A DNA stretch of 64,000 nucleotides, taken from positions 9,240-73,239 of the IMG/VR virus record IMGVR_UViG_3300032782_000007, one strand, 5' to 3'. Positions 58,221 through 64,000 of the stretch are shown one piece after another. The notes under the pieces were generated by a model, which worked only from the letters and a program-made list of their open reading frames with translations, was not told the origin of the DNA and made no database searches. The stretch comes from a virus. A program made the position numbers and the translations under genes. Numbering within the stretch: the first letter of the stretch is position 1; each line of letters begins with the position of its first letter.

Positions 58221-58880
58221 ATGTCTTCGACTAATCGCGGGATCAAACGAATCTCGCACGACCTGTACGAAACGCCTCCGTTCGTTTGCAATCGTCTTCT
58301 CGAGGCGGTACCTCTTCCGCCGGGACGCTGGCTCGAGCCGTGTGCGGGAAGTGGGAACATCATTCGCGCCGTGAATGCACGTGATCTCAATGTCGAATGG
58401 TCGGGGTGTGAGATTCGTCCGGAGACGCAGGATGTGCTTGCCCCGCTCTGTCCCGGGGGTCTTCACATCTTCGACTTTCTGGCGTTACCGGAGGACGACT
58501 TTGGCGGGAAGTTCGATGTCGCCCTAACGAATCCCCCGTACAGTCTTGCCCAGGAGTTCATCGAGAAGTGTATGAGGATGTCGCGCCAAACGGTGATGCT
58601 CCTCCGCTTGAACTTCCTCGAGTCGGAGACACGCTGCGAGTTCATGCGCCGGTACCCGCCCGATGTGTTCGTTTTACCGAATCGACCGATCTTCTCCATC
58701 AACAAGCACGGCAAGCCAGGTTCGGATAGCACCGCGTACGGGTGGTTTAGGTGGTGGGACTACGAGAGCTACGACCGCGTCCCACCGGGGGAGCGACGGG
58801 GTACGGTTCAGGTTCTCAACCAGACACCCCTCGCAGAGCGGAAGGCGTGGAATCAGCGTCTACGGGAACTCGCCGCATGA
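58221..58880 (+). CDS. Orphan amino-methyl (N6-A/N4-C) DNA methyltransferase
   Basis: YETP, LEPCAGSG, TNPPY, LLRLNFLES, D.TAYGWF.W. Confidence 0.9.
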   Translation: MSSTNRGIKRISHDLYETPPFVCNRLLEAVPLPPGRWLEPCAGSGNIIRAVNARDLNVEWSGCEIRPETQDVLAPLCPGGLHIFDFLALPEDDFGGKFDVALTNPPYSLAQEFIEKCMRMSRQTVMLLRLNFLESETRCEFMRRYPPDVFVLPNRPIFSINKHGKPGSDSTAYGWFRWWDYESYDRVPPGERRGTVQVLNQTPLAERKAWNQRLRELAA

Positions 58881-59529
58881 ATCAAAAAAGGTGCAAACAC
58901 GAGTTTCGGCTGAAGGTCGAGCTGTACCTGGACATCCCTGTCGAATTAGACCACGCGCTCTCTAAGGCAGCGTTGCGCGACAGTCGTGTGCGTATCGAGG
59001 GGGCGGGCTGGCCGACCGCTCTCTGCTACTGCGCGAAATGTGGGTGGGCCCCATGAGGGGTCGCGCGTTACTCCTAGGAGTGGTTTTGGGGTGCGCGGTT
59101 CCGCAGCCGGTTGCCGCGCCGATCACGGTTCCAGTGACCTCGGAAGTAGAGATGAAGCCGGCGGGGACTTCGTGGTACATCCACGCGTCGGCGCCTGAGA
59201 CGGCGTACGTGGTGGTCGATTTCTTTGGGGAGCGCGGTCTTTTGGCGTCCATGTGGCAAGATACAGATGCGATTCGTATCCGCACCAGGCCGGCAGAGCA
59301 GCCGGAACTCGATCATCGCTTTCAGCGCGTTACCTACTTCGTCAAGATCGACGGGGAAATAGAGCCGTTCAGTTGTTCGTGGGTGGAACTGCGTTGGGTG
59401 CTCGAAACGCGCGGTTACGGCGAGATTTCGTGGCGGACCGAAACGCCAGATTCGGCGTATCAGCCTCTCGAACTGGCCCCGTTTGTTCGCGCCATGCGCG
59501 AAAAACCGTGCAAAGAGCCTACGCGGTAA
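58877..59529 (+). other. Two hypothetical genes (58877-59056 zinc ribbon; 59053-59529 with lipoprotein-like signal LLLGVVLGC)
   Basis: ATGA-coupled ORFs. Confidence 0.45.
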
Positions 59530-59595
59530 CCGATGGGAATTACACGCATAGGCGGTAACCGGACGGTTTAGGCGGAACGTCGTCGACCGAAACAC

Positions 59596-59623
59596 TTGAC
59601 AGTTTCTGTTTAGTATCTACGGT
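59596..59623 (+). promoter_or_regulatory. Sigma70-type promoter
   Basis: TTGACA-16-TACGGT upstream of the accessory operon. Confidence 0.5.
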
Positions 59624-59667
59624 TGAGTGGACGCCCCATGAGGGCTCCCAAAGAGAGAAGGATCAAA

Positions 59668-60171
59668 ATGGCCGCGAAGAAAACGCAGCGTGGTTGCAGC
59701 ATCTGTCATCGTGCGGGTCACAACCAGCGGACCTGCCCGCAAAAGGATGCAAACGCAAAGGCCCAGGCAAACGTCGATCAGGCGCTCACCGAGGTCGCTC
59801 AAGCGGCTGCAGCGGCGCCGGTCGAGGCGGTGCCGGTCGTGAGCGCGCCCGCGATGTCGGTCGCGGCGGCGACGACCCCTCAGGAGTACGAAGAGTGGCG
59901 CAAGCAGGTCCACTCGCACGGCAAGACGATCGTCGCGAGCATGCGCCGCTACGACACCGGCTGGGCTCAGTTCATGTTCCGCTTCGAGGACGAGAAGCCG
60001 GCGCGTGAAGAGGTGCTCGATCTCGAGGCAGCGAAGAAGCTCCTCGCGGTGCTCGGGTGGATGATCCAGCAGCATCAGGCGCAAAGCGCTGCGAACAAGG
60101 CCGGCCCGCTAGCCAGGGTGAACGGCGCCGCGCACGCTACGGCCGCCGCCCCGGCAGCGCAGGCCGTGTGA
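59668..60171 (+). CDS. CCHC zinc-knuckle protein
   Basis: CSICHRAGHNQRTCP; AAGGA RBS. Confidence 0.65.
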   Translation: MAAKKTQRGCSICHRAGHNQRTCPQKDANAKAQANVDQALTEVAQAAAAAPVEAVPVVSAPAMSVAAATTPQEYEEWRKQVHSHGKTIVASMRRYDTGWAQFMFRFEDEKPAREEVLDLEAAKKLLAVLGWMIQQHQAQSAANKAGPLARVNGAAHATAAAPAAQAV

Positions 60172-63100
60172 AGACCGATTCCCCCTGCCCGCCAGCGATC
60201 GTGAGCACAAACTGCTCTCGGACTTCTCGTCGTCGTGACGAGTACACCGGTCGGTGCGATGCATGTTCGGCCAAGGAGTCGTCTAGCGACTCGCCCTCGA
60301 TGGCCAAGGCGCGCGAATTCATCGCCGGGTACACATACGACGACGGCGAAAACAAGGAACTTCGTATGTGCGACGAAAACACAGTAGCCGCAGTCGCGTC
60401 GCTATTCGACGAGATCGAGGAGGCTCGAGCAGGGCGGCGCTCGACGAAACCTTACGAACCGATCAGCCTGGACGACGAGAAGCGCGCCGCCGAATTCGCC
60501 TCGAGATGGGCGGAAACGTCTCGCGCCGAGACACAGATGGCCTTCCAGATCGAAGAGATGATCCTCGCTGTGCGTCGCGATGAGCGGGAACGGATGGAAC
60601 AACTGAAGCGATGAGCGCAGACAAGCCGGGGATGACTATGAGCGAGGTCGTCGCACTGTGCGAAGACCTAGGGATCGCACCGCAGTCTGGACCGCTCGGC
60701 GTCCAGATCGGCACAACTGGCTGGCGCCTCGAGTGCGGTAGCGGCATTGCGGGCAACGGATACAAATGGTGGTTGCGTGTCATCGCGGGTGTCTACGGCC
60801 CCGGAGCGCCCGACCATAAGGCTGCCCCGGTAGGGCCGTTGCAGACGAAAGCTGAACTGCGGAGTGCGCTCCTCGCGAAGTGGGGACGGAGGCTAGGTCG
60901 TGGCTGAGTGGCAACCCCCGCGGCTCCCTTTCGGGGTAATGCACCGAGTCTACGAGCCGGGCGACGGAAACGTCCTCTACTTCAAGCGCATCGGCTCCCC
61001 CTTCATCGACGACTTTCACAAGGCGGAGCGCGGAGAGTGGGACAGTTTCTTCCAGGTCGTTCGGCAGACAGGCACTGCCTGTGCGCAGCTCGACGGGCCC
61101 AACGCACACCGTCGTGTTGTCGGCACGTTCTCCACCGAAGCCGAAGCTGATGCGTACCCGCGATCGAAGGGAGTGCAGATCGATGGCGAATGAACGCACC
61201 GACCCTCCCTGCATCCGGTGCGGGGATCCGATCGCTGCGTTCATCATCGAGTCGAAGGCGAAGATCGCTGGGAAGCTCTATCCCGGGCGCGACGTGCCGC
61301 CGCCAAAGCTCCGCACGCGGTGCGTGTGGAAGGCCCTGACGAAGTTCGAGAGCGACATCGACGACGGAGGCAAGCATGAGTGCGGATGATCGGGAGTCCA
61401 CGTCATCTGCGTCGCCCATGCGCGCGCTCTTCCGGGACCGCAAGGGCAACGAGCGCACGGAGACACTCGACGTCAGCAACATCATCAACGGTCGTCCGCG
61501 AGCGACCGTGATGTGGGACGGGGAGCCGTTCGGCTTCCGCAAGTTCTACCTGAACCTCAGAGCCTACCCGGAGCGCATCGTCTACGACGCGTGTGAGGAC
61601 ACATGACCGACGAGAAGCACACCAACCCTCCGACGAGCGACCTCGTTCACTGCCCGACTTGCGGCTCGCTCAAGTCGCCAGGCTGCTATCCGGGAGGCAA
61701 ACCGCCGGAGCCGGCCACACCTTCTCCGAAGCGCGAGCCGAGCGACCACGAGCGTGCGACGGCGTTCGTTCAGGAGCACGCGCCGGAGCTGATGGACGCT
61801 TCTCGTTCGTCGATCAAGTTTCGCGCTCGGCTCGAGGCGGAGTTTGCGAAGGTGCGCGCCGAGGAGCGGGAGCGGATGGGGCACTCCACGAGGGAGCCCA
61901 CCTCCGAACCGTTGCCCAGCACGGTCGATCGCCGTCGCGCGCATGACTGGTGGTACGGGTCGGTCGGGCCTGGTAGTGGGCGCTCTGCCGAGGACCAGAT
62001 CGAGAACCTCGCCAAGCTCCTCGCCGAGGTGCGTGCTGACTCACGCGAGGCGCTCGACGACACGCGGTGGGCGCGACCGTCGCTCACGGGTCCGCCGGAA
62101 ACCACCGAGGGGAGTGCGCACGAACCTCGGAAGGTCGGGCGGGGGTCGGGTAACCAGGCCGACCGCTCCCACCGCGTGTCGTCGAGCGAGCAATCCACCT
62201 CCGATGCGAAGGATGACATTCAAAGGCTTAGGATCGCGGTTACGGCTGCGAAGCTCTTCGCTAGGTACGTGACTATCTACGGGAGCATGGTCGAAGGCCA
62301 CAAGGCGGAATTCGACCAGATGGTCCGCGCAATCGAGGCAACGGAGTCCGAGGGCGACTCGCGCATTGTCGCGGTGAAGGACGGATAGAATGGGCGATTT
62401 CGTCGGCAAGGAAGAGGTCGAGGCAATTCAGGAGCACTACAAGGCCTACCTGCGTTCCAAGACATCGAAGAGCGACAACCGGGCAGAGCCTGTCTCTGGT
62501 GTCTACGATGCGTCCACTTTCCGCGAGGTCTCGTCCTGGTACGTGGATAGACTCCTTCGATACATCGAAGTCCAAGACTGGATCGCTGAGGCGGAGGCCG
62601 AGGCGCCGCCTGGTCCGGTTACAACGTCTCCGGTCTCCGATGTCGTCAACTGGCTTCGCGAGCGAAGCGCGGAGGCGAAGATACGCGGCGAGCCTTTGAG
62701 ATCCGGACCGGATCACATCAAGAGGGCCGCGAATGAGGAGGCGCATTGGTGCGCGCTCATTGCGGATCAGATTACCGGGCGATGGGGTAAGGCTCAACCC
62801 GCGAAGACGCCTGTGAAGCTCGAAATGAGGCTCGAAGCGGGTGTCTGCGAGGAGTGTGAACGCGGAGAGGGTCGCCATCACAGCTACTGCAGTTGGGTCC
62901 TCGATCACTACACGGCGGGCTGGGTGGACGCGCTTGACGCGGCCGAACTGACACTCAGAGATCGCAGGGAGTTCGAAGGCGAGGCGATCGTGAACGAAAT
63001 CTCGCGCGAACGCCCAAAAGAAACTGTGGCGCAACTAACCGAGGAGATGTTCGCGTTCTTCGCGTGGAGAGATGCGACTACAGATCGCTACGGTGAGGAG

Positions 63101-63253
63101 TTCGCGGACGAGTTCATAGCCGAGTACGGTAAGCCTGGCAAACCGTTTCAAGAGGTCCCCGACGAACACATAATCGCGGCGACGATCTTTCAGAGCTGGT
63201 CGGAATCCAAGCAAGCTCGCGTACTTGCGGAGTTCGATAAGCGCAAGGGGTAG
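60168..63253 (+). other. Operon of coupled hypothetical genes (60168-60614, 60611-60907, 60900-61193, 61183-61389, 61376-61606, 61603-62388, 62390-63253)
   Basis: Overlapping start/stop codons with RBS-like purine tracts. Confidence 0.55.
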
Positions 63254-63290
63254 TTGTCTTTTCGGTCGCGAAGTTAGGTTATCTCCCCGT

Positions 63291-63932
63291 ATGCTTTTGG
63301 GTATGGGGGAGAGGGCGATCAAAATAGGCGAGACGCCCATTGCGCGGGGATCGCCAACCACGACACGTACGCTAGAGGTCCTCGTTGACGAGGATTGGCT
63401 CCTCACTGCGTCCCTAGAGGCGTGCGTTTCGTTCCAAGAGTCTCAAACGCGCGCCGATAAGAAGGTCGTGATCTTCTCGCGCTCCTTCAGCGCGGCAGAG
63501 GCTCGTGCATTCGCCGCACTGCTTCTTGCGGCGGCCGCGCACATCGAGCAGAACGAGCGAACCTGACAACTCCCCCGTTAGCTGGTATACTCGTAGCCAA
63601 TGAAGAGCCTTCGCGAGATTCTGCTGGCGACGATTGTGACCATCGGTTCCCAGTTCGTCGACTGGCAAACCAAGCGAGCGCAGGCGGAGCTGCTTCGTGA
63701 ACAGGATGAGTTGGCCCGGCTTATCGAGCGGGAAATAGGACTTCCGTGGGGGGCAGTGACGGTGGAGTTCCGTCGCTGTCTCGACGGAACTACGCTGCCC
63801 AAGGTGAATGTGCGAGTCCCTCTCACATACGCACAGCAAACGTTGGCACGGGTAGTCCTGGAATCGATTGGTAAAAAGGTCCGTACGGACTTTCTGCGCT
63901 CAAAAGTGGTGCGGACGGCCTGGCTGAACTAG
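63291..63932 (+). other. Two hypothetical genes (63291-63566, 63600-63932)
   Basis: CTGACA-17-TATACT 8 nt before ATG 63600. Confidence 0.5.
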
Positions 63933-64000
63933 CTCGCAAATAACGGTTTATCATCGAAAGATGATCATTCCGGGTTGTGACATCTCATCGGTACAAGCAC

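Larger units (their letters stand above)
1228..63890. repeat. Dispersed 12-bp perfect palindrome GTCCGTACGGAC, eight copies
   Basis: Copies at 1228, 3933, 9027, 31847, 50908, 55536, 58166 and 63879; extended consensus aAGGTCCGTACGGACCTt. Confidence 0.9.

Noticed and set aside
59523-59561. GCGGTAACCG direct repeat upstream of a promoter
   Set aside because: Only two copies of 10 bp, one overlapping a stop codon; insufficient support for a regulatory call.
1-64000. Stop-codon reassignment
   Set aside because: TAA, TAG and TGA all end recognisable full-length genes and coding density is high in the standard code.

Overview
A 64-kb segment of a large, GC-rich tailed phage with a contractile tail, almost all on the + strand and read in the standard genetic code. 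Gene order: head module (probable portal end, core/scaffold genes, gp21-like protease-scaffold fusion, gp23-like major capsid), LAGLIDADG endonuclease, ~10.5 kb of small accessory genes, neck, sheath, two tubes, chaperone, tape measure, baseplate, fibres and three Gly-rich paralogues, then a mixed late region (holin, GroES, methylase) and more accessory genes. Main unexplained signals: (1) a twin-arginine-signal protein that is a cut-down paralogue of the major capsid protein, with its own host-type promoter; (2) a second apparent programmed -1 frameshift in a head core gene, with the same slippery context as the tail chaperone; (3) eight dispersed copies of the palindrome GTCCGTACGGAC, read as VRTD[L/F] whenever inside a gene; (4) a tRNA-like leader RNA carrying an antisense segment to its own downstream ribosome-loading region; (5) a VapD toxin-antitoxin cassette between the tube genes, an orphan HigA and a 2H phosphoesterase; (6) several short tandem-duplication scars. 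All family assignments come from motif recognition by eye; no searches were run.
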